Positions 49,567 through 58,755 of a DNA stretch of 64,000 bases are shown here, piece after piece (within the stretch, counting starts at the first letter, position 1; the number at the start of each line of letters is the position of its first letter). The notes below the pieces were generated by a model. The model was not told where the DNA came from, searched no databases, and saw only the letters and a program-made list of their open reading frames with translations. The stretch covers positions 13-64,012 of the forward strand of contig JACPHO010000002.1 in the NCBI GenBank assembly GCA_016188545.1. Direction: 5' to 3'. A program made the translations under genes and the position numbers. This DNA is from Candidatus Shapirobacteria bacterium (GTDB lineage: Bacteria > Patescibacteriota > Microgenomatia > UBA12405).

Positions 49567-50760
49567 TTAGAATCCATCACCAGAATCTTGTGAATCACTT
49601 CCTCCAAAACCATCACCAGAATCTTGTGAATCGTATCCACCGAAGCCATCGTCCGAACTACCGCAACAATCACTTCCACTGTCAGACGAACCGCTATCAC
49701 CTCCATACGACGGTGATCCAGTCGAACTGGTGTCATCATCAGGAGGATCATATGGAACGGCTGTGGGTGGAGGCTCTTGGGCGTCGTCGTAACTCTGGTT
49801 GGCGTAGCTAGTGCAATTTGAAACATGCGTACTGACGCTCGAGAAATCCTGAGCGTAGCAAGCATTGAGCGCAAGCTGTTTTTCGGTCACAGCACTGTCG
49901 TAGTTACTTTGCGCTCCGTACGAATCATAGGCACCTATTAATTCTCCACCTGCTCGGGTTATGGACGCTTGACAGCTAGCAATCTCTAGAGGAGCATTGT
50001 CAGCTTCAGATGATAGATTGTCCGCTGTTGAAGACGCGTTTTGGGCGGTAATACTTGCCTGTTGCGCTTGATCATAAACGAGCGGCTTATCCACAACTCC
50101 TTCAGGGAGGGTGGTTCGGAATGTTACTTTGGCGACATTGTCGAGTTGACTTTGCGCTTGGGTTAGATACGTCATTGCGGAGGCATAAGACAAGGTTCCT
50201 TGACCGCAGAGGCTTTTTGTTGGCATTGCTGCAACGTAGAGAGTCTCTGTATCGATCACTTTCTGAACCTCGCCAATGTACCCACGATCCACAGCCTCAG
50301 ATTTTGCTTGAAGTTGTGAATAATATGACGGTGGACCCAAAATCTGGACTATGATCTGTTCGGCATTTCTTAACTTGATGTCGGCTTCTTCCCAATAGTA
50401 GCGGGCAGAGTCACGATCATCACTATCAAGAGAGCTTTGGGCTTGGGCTTGCAACGCCTGAACAGAACCTTGAAGATTTGACCTCGCTGTGGACAGCTGA
50501 GTATCAAAACCTTCACTCCAATGCCTGGCGTACTTTGGCGACTGCTCGATAAATTCCTTTTCAGCGCTGGGTAGCTGAACGTCTAGTGAGACTCTGCGGG
50601 TTTCGAGTTCGGCGATTTTTGCCGTTAGATCCCGAAGCTCTGCAGCGTCAAAGGCGTTCATAATTAAACCTGACGCGATTAAGAACAAACAGAACAGAGC
50701 GCTGTACAACCAGACACGGTCGTCAACTAGAGGTTGACTTCGTGCTAAGTTGTTTCGCAT
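49567..50760 (-). CDS. Single-TM helical protein with an acidic Gly/Ser/Asp tail
   Basis: N-terminal TM, long Ala/Gln helices and tail DGFGGYDSQDSGDGFGGSDSQDSGDGF (36-bp tandem repeat). Confidence 0.8.
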   Translation of the reverse strand: MRNNLARSQPLVDDRVWLYSALFCLFLIASGLIMNAFDAAELRDLTAKIAELETRRVSLDVQLPSAEKEFIEQSPKYARHWSEGFDTQLSTARSNLQGSVQALQAQAQSSLDSDDRDSARYYWEEADIKLRNAEQIIVQILGPPSYYSQLQAKSEAVDRGYIGEVQKVIDTETLYVAAMPTKSLCGQGTLSYASAMTYLTQAQSQLDNVAKVTFRTTLPEGVVDKPLVYDQAQQASITAQNASSTADNLSSEADNAPLEIASCQASITRAGGELIGAYDSYGAQSNYDSAVTEKQLALNACYAQDFSSVSTHVSNCTSYANQSYDDAQEPPPTAVPYDPPDDDTSSTGSPSYGGDSGSSDSGSDCCGSSDDGFGGYDSQDSGDGFGGSDSQDSGDGF

Positions 50761-51037
50761 ACCTTTCCTTCCTTTCAGATTTATTTTCTTACTTACGATT
50801 TATCGGTAGCACCTCCTGATGCATGGTTTGGTTTTTTTATTTCAACTACTACAAATATTGCTGTAGTGCGCTCAAAGCCGAAAATGGTTTCGACACTGGG
50901 TGCACTACAGCGATGTAGACTATATATATACACTTGAATTGTTAAGGTACTGTAAATATGCAAAAAACACACGCGATTGTGTGTTTATTGAATTATTTAC
51001 GTTGGCGGATTATAGGATAAGCTACGTTAAAAGTCAA
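50761..51037 (-). promoter_or_regulatory. Promoter (TTGACT-17-TATAAT) and structured 5' leader of about 240 nt for the PspA operon
   Basis: -35 at 51037-51032 and -10 at 51014-51009; U-tailed hairpin 50962-50986; boxA-like GTACCTTAACAA 50950-50939; stem 50860-50911; purine-rich SD. Confidence 0.7.
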
Positions 51038-51082
51038 CATTATGGGGTATGTTTTATGCTCAAAGATAAGTTACAATAAGAC

Positions 51083-52852
51083 ATGGCTAAAAATGGAGCA
51101 GAAAACTGGAACTTAAGCGAACTTGGAAAAGTGGCCGATTATGACAAATTACTGGCAGAAATAGATTCAAATATTGAAAAAGTAGAAAAATGGTGGAAGA
51201 AACTAAACCCTAAAATGAGCAAGGAGGAGTTTGCTGAATTCATGGAATACGACGAACTTCTCGACGATAAATTCTCCAGACTGATGTACCTACCGGAACT
51301 GATGGAATCGACTAACCAAAAGGATAGTCAGGCTCGTCTCATGAAGAGCAAGGCAAGTGACTTGGCTTTGAAATTTAATAAAACTAGCCGAAAGATAGGG
51401 CATTGGCTGAAGGGACTTGAGGTAGAAAACAAAGAAAAACTGGACGATGAAAACGCTAGAAGATTATTTTCGGCCATACCTGATTTGGAATATGGACTTA
51501 ACTACGGCAGATTGGCGGCGAAATATACCCTCCCCCAGAATGAAGAAGAAATCATCGATAATAAAGATGTAAATGGAATGGGGGCGGTGAGTGACCTTCG
51601 AGGACTGATTGAAGCTGATTTGGTCTACGATATGGACGGAAAAAAGATAAAAAACCAGGCTGATTTGTTGAAATATGTCCATGATGCTAATCCAAAAAAG
51701 CGCGAATCTGCATACAGAGCTTTATTCAAGGAACATCTTAAAAACATTGACAAGTTTTTTGTAATCTATCAGTCAGTAGTCAAAGATTGGGGATACGAAG
51801 CAAAGCTAAGAGGTTATAACTCGGCTATTGAAGTTAGAAACTTTGGTAATCATGTGCCAAACGAAGCCATTGAAACCCTACTACGAGTATGTAAAGAAGA
51901 GAGAAAGGTATTTTGGAGGTATTTTGAAACTAAGGCAAAACTTCTAAAAAAGAAGAAACTTAGCCGGTTTGATGTGTACGCGCCAATAGGTCTAAAATCA
52001 GGCAAAAAAATAAAATATACGGAAGCAAAGGAACTGGTACTAAAAAGTTTTGCGACCTTTTCAAAAAAATTTGCCGATATGGCTGCTAAGGTAATAAATG
52101 AAAACCATATTGATTCTCATCCCAAAACAAACAAACGTAGCGGTGCATTTTGCGCCACAGTCAACCCAAAACTAACCCCTTATGTACTTCTAAATTACAC
52201 TGATAGCCAGAGAGATGTGTCAACACTGGCTCACGAGTTGGGACATGCAGTTCATAGCTTGTATGCTAATCATCACTATTCTTCATCACAGCACGCAAAT
52301 TTACCATTGTCCGAAACAGCTTCGACTTTTGGCGAGCTAGTACTTTTTGAATATATGTTGGCGGGCGAGAAGGATAAGGGTGTCAAAAAACAAATGTTAT
52401 CCGAGAAAATTGGGGATTCATACGCAACAATTCTCCGGCAAAACTATTTTGTAATGTTTGAGCTAAAGGCTCATGAAATGATCAGTAAAGGCACGACCGC
52501 TGAAGAATTGTGCAAGACATATTGGGAAAATCTTAAAGAACAATTTGGACCTTCAGTAAAACTAGATAAGGTCTTCCGATATGAGTGGCTTTATATTAGT
52601 CACATATTTGAATCACCGTTCTATTGTTATGCTTACAACTTTGGTGAACTACTTTCATTGTCTTTGTACGCCAGATATAAAAAGGAAGGTGGGAAGTTTG
52701 CTAGCAAAATTGAAAATGTATTAGCAGATGGTGGATCAAGAGCTCCAGAAAAAGTGCTGGCTGATGTAGGGGTGGATATGAGTGATGAGAATTTTTGGAG
52801 AGGTGGGTTCGAATTGATTCGGGGTTGGCAAAACCAGCTTGAAGGGTTATAA
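51083..52852 (+). CDS. pepF: M3B oligoendopeptidase F
   Basis: KRSGAFC, TLAHELGHAVH, ETAS.F.E and H...PFYCYAY motifs. Confidence 0.93.
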   Translation: MAKNGAENWNLSELGKVADYDKLLAEIDSNIEKVEKWWKKLNPKMSKEEFAEFMEYDELLDDKFSRLMYLPELMESTNQKDSQARLMKSKASDLALKFNKTSRKIGHWLKGLEVENKEKLDDENARRLFSAIPDLEYGLNYGRLAAKYTLPQNEEEIIDNKDVNGMGAVSDLRGLIEADLVYDMDGKKIKNQADLLKYVHDANPKKRESAYRALFKEHLKNIDKFFVIYQSVVKDWGYEAKLRGYNSAIEVRNFGNHVPNEAIETLLRVCKEERKVFWRYFETKAKLLKKKKLSRFDVYAPIGLKSGKKIKYTEAKELVLKSFATFSKKFADMAAKVINENHIDSHPKTNKRSGAFCATVNPKLTPYVLLNYTDSQRDVSTLAHELGHAVHSLYANHHYSSSQHANLPLSETASTFGELVLFEYMLAGEKDKGVKKQMLSEKIGDSYATILRQNYFVMFELKAHEMISKGTTAEELCKTYWENLKEQFGPSVKLDKVFRYEWLYISHIFESPFYCYAYNFGELLSLSLYARYKKEGGKFASKIENVLADGGSRAPEKVLADVGVDMSDENFWRGGFELIRGWQNQLEGL

Positions 52853-52873
52853 TAATACTACGACAGCTGTAGT

Positions 52874-53470
52874 ATGAGTATGAGAAAAATAACAAAAAAC
52901 AGTGGCCGTGAAATCATAAGATATAAAAAAGGCCAAAGAATAGTCTCTTTGGGAGACAGCGTTAACTTTATAGCATCTGTTAAATCAGGAGAGGTTAAGC
53001 TATATAAACCATTTGAAGGTCGAGATATTTGTATCCCAAACATGAGGATGTTTAAGGAATGGAGTCAGATGATGGTTTTGACTGGAGAAAAAAGCGATTA
53101 TATGGTTGAGGCAATGGGAATTGTCGAGCTAGAAAAAACCCCGAAAGATAAATTTCTAAAAGAAATCAAGGCTAATTCCCGGAAACAGATGGAGACTTTG
53201 ACTGAGTTTTCAAAACTTTTCTTGAAACAAACGAGAAGATATGTAAATATTACCGGTGCGAGTGCAATCGGGAAGGTAGCAACTGTCATCTTAGATATGT
53301 CTGGAGAGGGATATCCCCTAACTCATAAATTAGTGGCGAGTTTGACCGGTTTGACGCGAGAAACGGTAACTTTACAAATGCTTAAAATGGAAAAAATGAA
53401 ACTAATTGATAATGCGAATAGAAAGATAAAGATATTGAATAGAAAAGGTTTGGAAAAATTTTTGGTATAG
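52874..53470 (+). CDS. Crp/Fnr family transcriptional regulator
   Basis: VKSGEVKLY cNMP barrel; LTHKLVASLTGLTRETVT HTH. Confidence 0.9.
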   Translation: MSMRKITKNSGREIIRYKKGQRIVSLGDSVNFIASVKSGEVKLYKPFEGRDICIPNMRMFKEWSQMMVLTGEKSDYMVEAMGIVELEKTPKDKFLKEIKANSRKQMETLTEFSKLFLKQTRRYVNITGASAIGKVATVILDMSGEGYPLTHKLVASLTGLTRETVTLQMLKMEKMKLIDNANRKIKILNRKGLEKFLV

Positions 53471-53475
53471 TAGGT

Positions 53476-54189
53476 ATGATGATTCCAGAAGAAACAATAA
53501 GCCTATTCGAGAGATTGGTGAATGATGCTAGAGAAAAAGCGAAGGATGAACATATTTTGGAGATGATCCAATGGAAGGTTGACCATACTTGGCGAGTGGT
53601 GGAAACGGGTAAAGAAATACTGGAAGGTGAAAAAGGCCAAGACTGGGATGTAGGTCGAGCAATGGGAGCTTTTTTACTTCACGATGTCGGTAGATTTGAG
53701 CAAGCACTTTTAGGAAGCTATTCTGACAAGCAGACTGGAGTGAGCCACGCGTTTTTGGGGGCGGAGATGCTAGTAAAGGCTGGGTACAAAGATAATGAAA
53801 TCATCGAAGCTGTACATGACCATAGTTTGGCGGTCTACGAGGGTTCAAATGTATACACTAAACTTATAAAAGATGCCGATCAACTGACAATTATTGGAGA
53901 AGAATACCTACTAGAGAAACACCCAGAGCAAAAAATAGCCTCAGAAGAAGTAATAAAAACCATCGAGAGAGGGGTCAAACTTGACACCTCAATCAGCGTC
54001 GGACAAATAGACCATTTGTTGTCTTATTGGAATTGGAAGAAGTTTTTATATTTCAGCACCAGTAAAGAGATATTTAGGAATCGGAAATATGATGAGATGC
54101 TATTGGGCAAACTAAGGTTATTTGACAAAAGTGGCAAGACTGAAGAGTGGCTTAGAAAAAGTACTGATTTACTCGCGACAACAGTCTAG
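53476..54189 (+). CDS. HD domain phosphohydrolase
   Basis: HT.RV, LLHDVGRFEQ, SHA and DAD motifs. Confidence 0.88.
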   Translation: MMIPEETISLFERLVNDAREKAKDEHILEMIQWKVDHTWRVVETGKEILEGEKGQDWDVGRAMGAFLLHDVGRFEQALLGSYSDKQTGVSHAFLGAEMLVKAGYKDNEIIEAVHDHSLAVYEGSNVYTKLIKDADQLTIIGEEYLLEKHPEQKIASEEVIKTIERGVKLDTSISVGQIDHLLSYWNWKKFLYFSTSKEIFRNRKYDEMLLGKLRLFDKSGKTEEWLRKSTDLLATTV

Positions 54190-54717
54190 AATTTTACCCA
54201 TCATTCCACTGAGTTTCCCCATGACCGTGGTTTCCTTGTGAACTTCTGGTTGGGGAAGTGACTTTGCACCTTCACTTTTGTCAGCAGTTATAGCTGTCAA
54301 TTCGCCTTCTTTGACCATTCCTAGATTAATTCCCCAGAAAAGATTGTAGAGATCGTAGGATTTTTTGAACAAATCATAGGCAGTTTTGGTATCACCCTTG
54401 GTCTGATACTTGGTGCCAACTTCCATAACCCGCATGGAGGCGGCCAAAAGATGTTTACTGGTGCACCAGACTTCACCTTCGTACTTAGGTATAAGCATTT
54501 TCATGAGTACTTTACGCATTTCGCGTGCTTCGGTGAGCAGTTCAAAGTATTTGGTCTTGCCGGTTTTATTGGCATTAAAAAACATATGTTCTTCGATGGC
54601 GATGAGGTTCATGACCGCCATACTAAGGTCTTCCCCGGAAGCTAGGTCCATTTCGTGACCAGACTCGGCGCTTTTAACTTTGTCCATGAATTTTTGAAGG
54701 TCATTGTTTTTGTTCAT
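54169..54717 (-). CDS. Helical hypothetical protein with candidate metal ligands (start MNKNND)
   Basis: NLIAIEEH, WCTSKH and C-terminal DCCRE. Confidence 0.75.
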   Translation of the reverse strand: MNKNNDLQKFMDKVKSAESGHEMDLASGEDLSMAVMNLIAIEEHMFFNANKTGKTKYFELLTEAREMRKVLMKMLIPKYEGEVWCTSKHLLAASMRVMEVGTKYQTKGDTKTAYDLFKKSYDLYNLFWGINLGMVKEGELTAITADKSEGAKSLPQPEVHKETTVMGKLSGMMGKILDCCRE

Positions 54718-54753
54718 AGCTGATTGTAACAAAGTCACCTGAAAGTTGACTAC

Positions 54754-54763
54754 TACATGTGTA
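54754..54763. promoter_or_regulatory. CopY/BlaI-type operator TACA-TG-TGTA
   Basis: Lies between divergent genes; the same motif occurs at 57512 and 61034. Confidence 0.65.
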
Positions 54764-54784
54764 AGTGGTGCTAGAATCATGACA

Positions 54785-55963
54785 ATGGATTTCTCGAGAA
54801 ATATCAGGTTATTAACGTGGCAGGGATTTTTTATTGGCTTTAGTTTGTGGTCGCCAATTGCGGCGATTTATTTTTCTCAAGTCAGTGGATCGTTCGCTTG
54901 GGGGTTGAGTATTTTTTCGGTTGCGAATATTAGTGGGGCAATTTTTGAAATTCCAACTGGTGTTTTTTCTGATTTTTCTGATAAGATAGGTCGAAAATAT
55001 ACTACTATGCTGGGTGGATTAGCTTATACTTTGTCGGGGGTAGCCTATGCGATAGGACTAAATTTTTGGTGGTTAGTATTGGGTGCAATACTGGGAGGAT
55101 TGGGCCGTTCTTTTTATAGTGGAAATAATGATGCCTACTTATATGATAGCCTGAATAAATCAGACAAGAAAGAAGAATTGGCAAAATTTATGGGTAAAAT
55201 TGGGTCAGCAGAACAATGGGCACTAGGAGCGGCGGCGATACTGGGAGGAATGCTGGCGGCAATTTCTTTTAAGTTGGTAATGTGGCTGTCAGTGATTCCC
55301 CTACTTCTGTGCTTTGTCACCAGTTGGTGGCTAATTGATATAAAAAATAAAAAAGGAGAGGAAGGAGGTAATGTTTATTCACATTTAAGCGAAGCTATAA
55401 AAAATTTCCTTGGTAATAAAAAACTACGGTTGTTAAGCTTGTCTTCGATTGTGGGATTTGGAATTGGAGAAGCAGGGTTTCATTTTAGATCGTTGTTTGT
55501 ATTGAGCCTGTGGCCACTTTGGGCTATCGGAGTGGCTAGGATGCTAAGCAATATCGGGGCAGCGATTGGATTTGGATGGAGTGGAAAGATAGTGGAAAAG
55601 TTTAAGGCGGAAAGAGTGTTGATGTTTGAGCAAATATCGTCAAAGTTGATTGATCTAGTAGCTCTATTGTGGCCAACGCCACTATCACCGGTTTTGATGT
55701 CAACAACATCGATAATGTACGGTCCAAGTACTGTAGCAGAAAACTCGATTTTTCAAAATGAATTTACCGATAAGCAAAGAGCAACCATGGGTTCTCTAAA
55801 CTCTCTAGGAAGAAGTATATCGTTGGCAATATTTATTTACGGGTTGGGCTGGGTTGCTGATAAAACAGACCCGCGAATTGCCCTATTGTGCGGGTGGACA
55901 CTAGGACTAGTATCGGTATGGTTGACGTGGAAGTTGATGCAAATGGTGAGAAAAGAAGGTTGA
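54785..55963 (+). CDS. MFS transporter
   Basis: FEIPTGVFSD..DKIGRK, SGNNDAYLYDSL and QRATMGS motifs. Confidence 0.9.
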   Translation: MDFSRNIRLLTWQGFFIGFSLWSPIAAIYFSQVSGSFAWGLSIFSVANISGAIFEIPTGVFSDFSDKIGRKYTTMLGGLAYTLSGVAYAIGLNFWWLVLGAILGGLGRSFYSGNNDAYLYDSLNKSDKKEELAKFMGKIGSAEQWALGAAAILGGMLAAISFKLVMWLSVIPLLLCFVTSWWLIDIKNKKGEEGGNVYSHLSEAIKNFLGNKKLRLLSLSSIVGFGIGEAGFHFRSLFVLSLWPLWAIGVARMLSNIGAAIGFGWSGKIVEKFKAERVLMFEQISSKLIDLVALLWPTPLSPVLMSTTSIMYGPSTVAENSIFQNEFTDKQRATMGSLNSLGRSISLAIFIYGLGWVADKTDPRIALLCGWTLGLVSVWLTWKLMQMVRKEG

Positions 55964-56017
55964 GAGGAAAATAATGGTTATATTGACATTCGGGTTATAT
56001 TCGGCTTAATATTGTTT

Positions 56018-56821
56018 ATGAATAAAATTGCAGTGATAAGTAAGGACTTGGAGGGAATTAAGAAAATTAAAAACGATTTGGAATACTGGTCGGCAAGAGA
56101 TTTGATGAAGGTGTTGGGATATGAAAAGTGGCAAAAGTTTGAGATGGTGATTAAAAAGGCTAAAAGTGCTTGCACTGAAAGCAATCATGATGTTATGGGT
56201 CATTTTATCGGCACCGGTAAGAAGATAAGTACCGGAAAGACAGCACAAATGGAGATTCGTGATTTTTTATTAACTAGATACGCCTGTTATCTGATAGCTC
56301 AAAATGGCGATAGTCGAAAACCGGAAATTGCTAGAGCGCAAACATACTTTGCAGTGCAAACTCGAAAACAGGAAATGCAGCAAGATAGGGAGAAACTATT
56401 AAAAAGGATTGAAGCTCGAGAGAGACTAAAAGAAACGGAAAGAAAGATTGAGGGGACAGTTTACAAAAGAGGGATAAAACAACCAAGGGATTTTGCTGAA
56501 TTTAAAGATAAATATATTCGAGGATTGTATGGTGGAATGGGAATTACGACATTGAAGAATAAACGGAAAATACCAAAAGATAGAGCTTTGGCCGACTTTG
56601 ATTCTTTTTTGGAATTGAAAGCAAAGGATTTTGCTCTGGCTATGACAGATCATAATATCAAAGAGAAAAACTTGGTTGGTAAGCCAAAACTAAATCAGGA
56701 AGTTTATGAGAACAGTGTGGCGACTCGGAGAACTCTCCTAAAACGAGGAATATTGCCGGAAAAATTAAAACCGGAAGAAGATGTTGAGAAAGTAAAGGGT
56801 AAGCTAAGCTTAAAAGGCTAA
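56018..56821 (+). CDS. dinD: DNA damage-inducible protein D (BRO-related)
   Basis: EYWSARDL..LGY..W, LTRYACYLIAQNGDSRK..IA.AQTYFAVQTR and GLYGG motifs. Confidence 0.88.
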   Translation: MNKIAVISKDLEGIKKIKNDLEYWSARDLMKVLGYEKWQKFEMVIKKAKSACTESNHDVMGHFIGTGKKISTGKTAQMEIRDFLLTRYACYLIAQNGDSRKPEIARAQTYFAVQTRKQEMQQDREKLLKRIEARERLKETERKIEGTVYKRGIKQPRDFAEFKDKYIRGLYGGMGITTLKNKRKIPKDRALADFDSFLELKAKDFALAMTDHNIKEKNLVGKPKLNQEVYENSVATRRTLLKRGILPEKLKPEEDVEKVKGKLSLKG

Positions 56822-56833
56822 CAAGATTCCAAC

Positions 56834-56955
56834 GAGATTGCCGCGCCTGCCTGCCGGCAGGCAGGTCACTGTGATAACCGTTCCCCCATCCTACGCTGAA
56901 GCTTCCACCTTCACTTCGCTATGGTGGACAAGTCGGACTGTCAAAGCGTAATGAC
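56834..56955. repeat. Nested REP-like palindromes
   Basis: A GAGATTGCCGCG...GTAATGAC frame contains the perfect palindrome CCTGCCTGCCGGCAGGCAGG (56846-56865) and CCTACGCTGAAGCTT[CCACCTTCACTTCGCTATGGTGGACAAG]TCGG. Confidence 0.65.
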
Positions 56956-56965
56956 GTGTGAGTTT

Positions 56966-57481
56966 TTATAGCTTAAAAATCAGCTTGAAGATGAGAGTGG
57001 TGAGAATGACGAGACCGACAGGAAAGACAACCTTGGCATATGGGAACAGGGTCTTGCCGTCATTGCGATACTTGGTAAAACCATAAATAAAGTTACCTAG
57101 AAACATCACAAACATACCCAAGGTTTGACCAAAAAGGATCTTGTCAAAGCCAAGAAATTTATTGCCAGTGACGCCAAGTTGGTCGGTGAAGTAAAAGTAG
57201 GATATGGTGGTAGCGAACATGATAAATGAGAATATCCAAGGGTTGTGCAGAAATTTTGGACGAAGGGCCTTATCTTTCATACCTGTGGCCATCCAAAAAG
57301 AAAGAGCGGTATTGAGAGCGCTAATCCAGATGCTGACTAAAAAGTCATCGACACCAAGCTTTTTGGCAATTAACATTCCTCCACCAACAGTAACAACACA
57401 GACAGGGCATTGAGCGGAGACTGGTATGGCGGAAAGTAAAAAGTAAAAAGTAAAAAGTAAAAAACTGATTAACAAATTCAT
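56966..57481 (-). CDS. Membrane protein with a signal-proximal CPVC motif
   Basis: VSAQCPVCVV.VGGG...LGVDD...IW; about 4 TM. Confidence 0.75.
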   Translation of the reverse strand: MNLLISFLLFTFYFLLSAIPVSAQCPVCVVTVGGGMLIAKKLGVDDFLVSIWISALNTALSFWMATGMKDKALRPKFLHNPWIFSFIMFATTISYFYFTDQLGVTGNKFLGFDKILFGQTLGMFVMFLGNFIYGFTKYRNDGKTLFPYAKVVFPVGLVILTTLIFKLIFKL

Positions 57482-57511
57482 AAAATATTTTAACAAAAAT
57501 AATATAATAAC

Positions 57512-57521
57512 TACAAGTGTA
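57512..57521. promoter_or_regulatory. CopY/BlaI-type operator TACA-AG-TGTA
   Basis: ACTACAAGTGTAGT lies between the divergent CPVC protein and DsbA-like genes. Confidence 0.7.
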
Positions 57522-57572
57522 GTAAGATGGTGGTTGACAGAAATGAACTTGATCGGTAGAGTAATAGATAAT

Positions 57573-58376
57573 ATGACAGATAATAAAAAAACAATTGAGG
57601 TATCTCAAAGTGCGGTTTTGTTTGCAGGTGTAGTGATGATGGCAATGATGGGTTTTGGTGGATATTTGTACGGAAAAGTGAAAGGGCTCGAAAAAGCAGG
57701 CACTGCAGCAGCAGCTCCAGCAGCCCAGCAACAACAGCAACCACAAGTGACAGTGACCCGTGACCAACTTGAAGGATTGTTTGATGGAAAAACATTGGCT
57801 TTTGGTAAAAAGGATAGCAAATTGATTTTTGTAGAATTTTCTGATCCTTCATGCCCTTATTGTCATGTAGCTGCGGGTAAAAATGCATCTCTAAACAAAC
57901 AAATGGGGCAACAGTTTATGTTGAAAGCAGATGGTGGGACATACGTAGCTCCAGTACCTGAGATGAAAAAGCTTGTTGATGAAGGTAAGGCATCAATGGT
58001 GTGGGTCTATGCTAATGGACATGGAAATGGAGAACTGGGAACCGAAGCTCTATACTGTGCTAATGAGAAAGGTAAATTCTGGGAAGTTCACGACACTCTA
58101 ATGAGTGCTGAAGGCTATGAGATTCTAAATACCTCAGTCAAGAACGATAGAACACAAGCTGCTAAAATGGCTGACTTCTTGAAAAAAGCTGTTGATTCTA
58201 AATTTATGGAGTCTTGTCTTAAAGATGCCAAGTACAAAGACAGGCTGACTACCGACATGGAAACAGCTACCAAATTTGGATTTAGCGGAACCCCAAGCTT
58301 CTTTGTAAACACGCAGAACTTTGCTGGAGCTTATAGCTATACCGAAATGGAGAAGCTAGTTAATGACTCGATCTAA
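57573..58376 (+). CDS. DsbA/BdbD-like membrane-anchored thioredoxin-fold protein
   Basis: EFSDPSCPYC and GTPSFFVN; promoter TTGACA-17-TAGAGT upstream. Confidence 0.9.
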   Translation: MTDNKKTIEVSQSAVLFAGVVMMAMMGFGGYLYGKVKGLEKAGTAAAAPAAQQQQQPQVTVTRDQLEGLFDGKTLAFGKKDSKLIFVEFSDPSCPYCHVAAGKNASLNKQMGQQFMLKADGGTYVAPVPEMKKLVDEGKASMVWVYANGHGNGELGTEALYCANEKGKFWEVHDTLMSAEGYEILNTSVKNDRTQAAKMADFLKKAVDSKFMESCLKDAKYKDRLTTDMETATKFGFSGTPSFFVNTQNFAGAYSYTEMEKLVNDSI

Positions 58377-58392
58377 TTAAAGAGTTAACTAC

Positions 58393-58425
58393 AAACCGCT
58401 CCGAAAGCTTTCGGAGCGGTTTTTT
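58393..58425 (+). terminator. Intrinsic terminator
   Basis: AAACCGCTCCGAAAG/CTTTCGGAGCGGTTT followed by a T tract. Confidence 0.85.
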
Positions 58426-58466
58426 GTTGCTAAAAGCCCACCCGAAGTTGGTGCTATAATCGGGCT

Positions 58467-58700
58467 ATGACACCAACTCTGGACAAGTCGCAAGCTGAGC
58501 TATATGGATTAAAACCGGGTGATAGAGTGTTGGCGGTAACAAGAATGGGGGCGCAATCGTTGAATGATGACATATCGAGATTTAAATCAGGTTTTTGTCG
58601 AATTGAGCAACTCCAAGTATTAAACCCTGACGGAACTCCGGTAAGTGATAAAGCCGCAGTGGTGATTATTGGAAGAGTAAGGGCTGTGCCAACTAAGTAA
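58467..58700 (+). CDS. Small hypothetical protein
   Basis: TGCTATAAT lies 6 nt before the ATG. Confidence 0.6.
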   Translation: MTPTLDKSQAELYGLKPGDRVLAVTRMGAQSLNDDISRFKSGFCRIEQLQVLNPDGTPVSDKAAVVIIGRVRAVPTK

Positions 58701-58755
58701 AGAGGACGTAATTGTTGATTGCAATTTAATCCTATAATGTGATAGTCTACAAACT

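Noticed and set aside
52856..52875. TACTACGACAGCTGTAGTA as a fourth CopY box
   Set aside because: The spacing and left half-site do not fit TACAnnTGTA.
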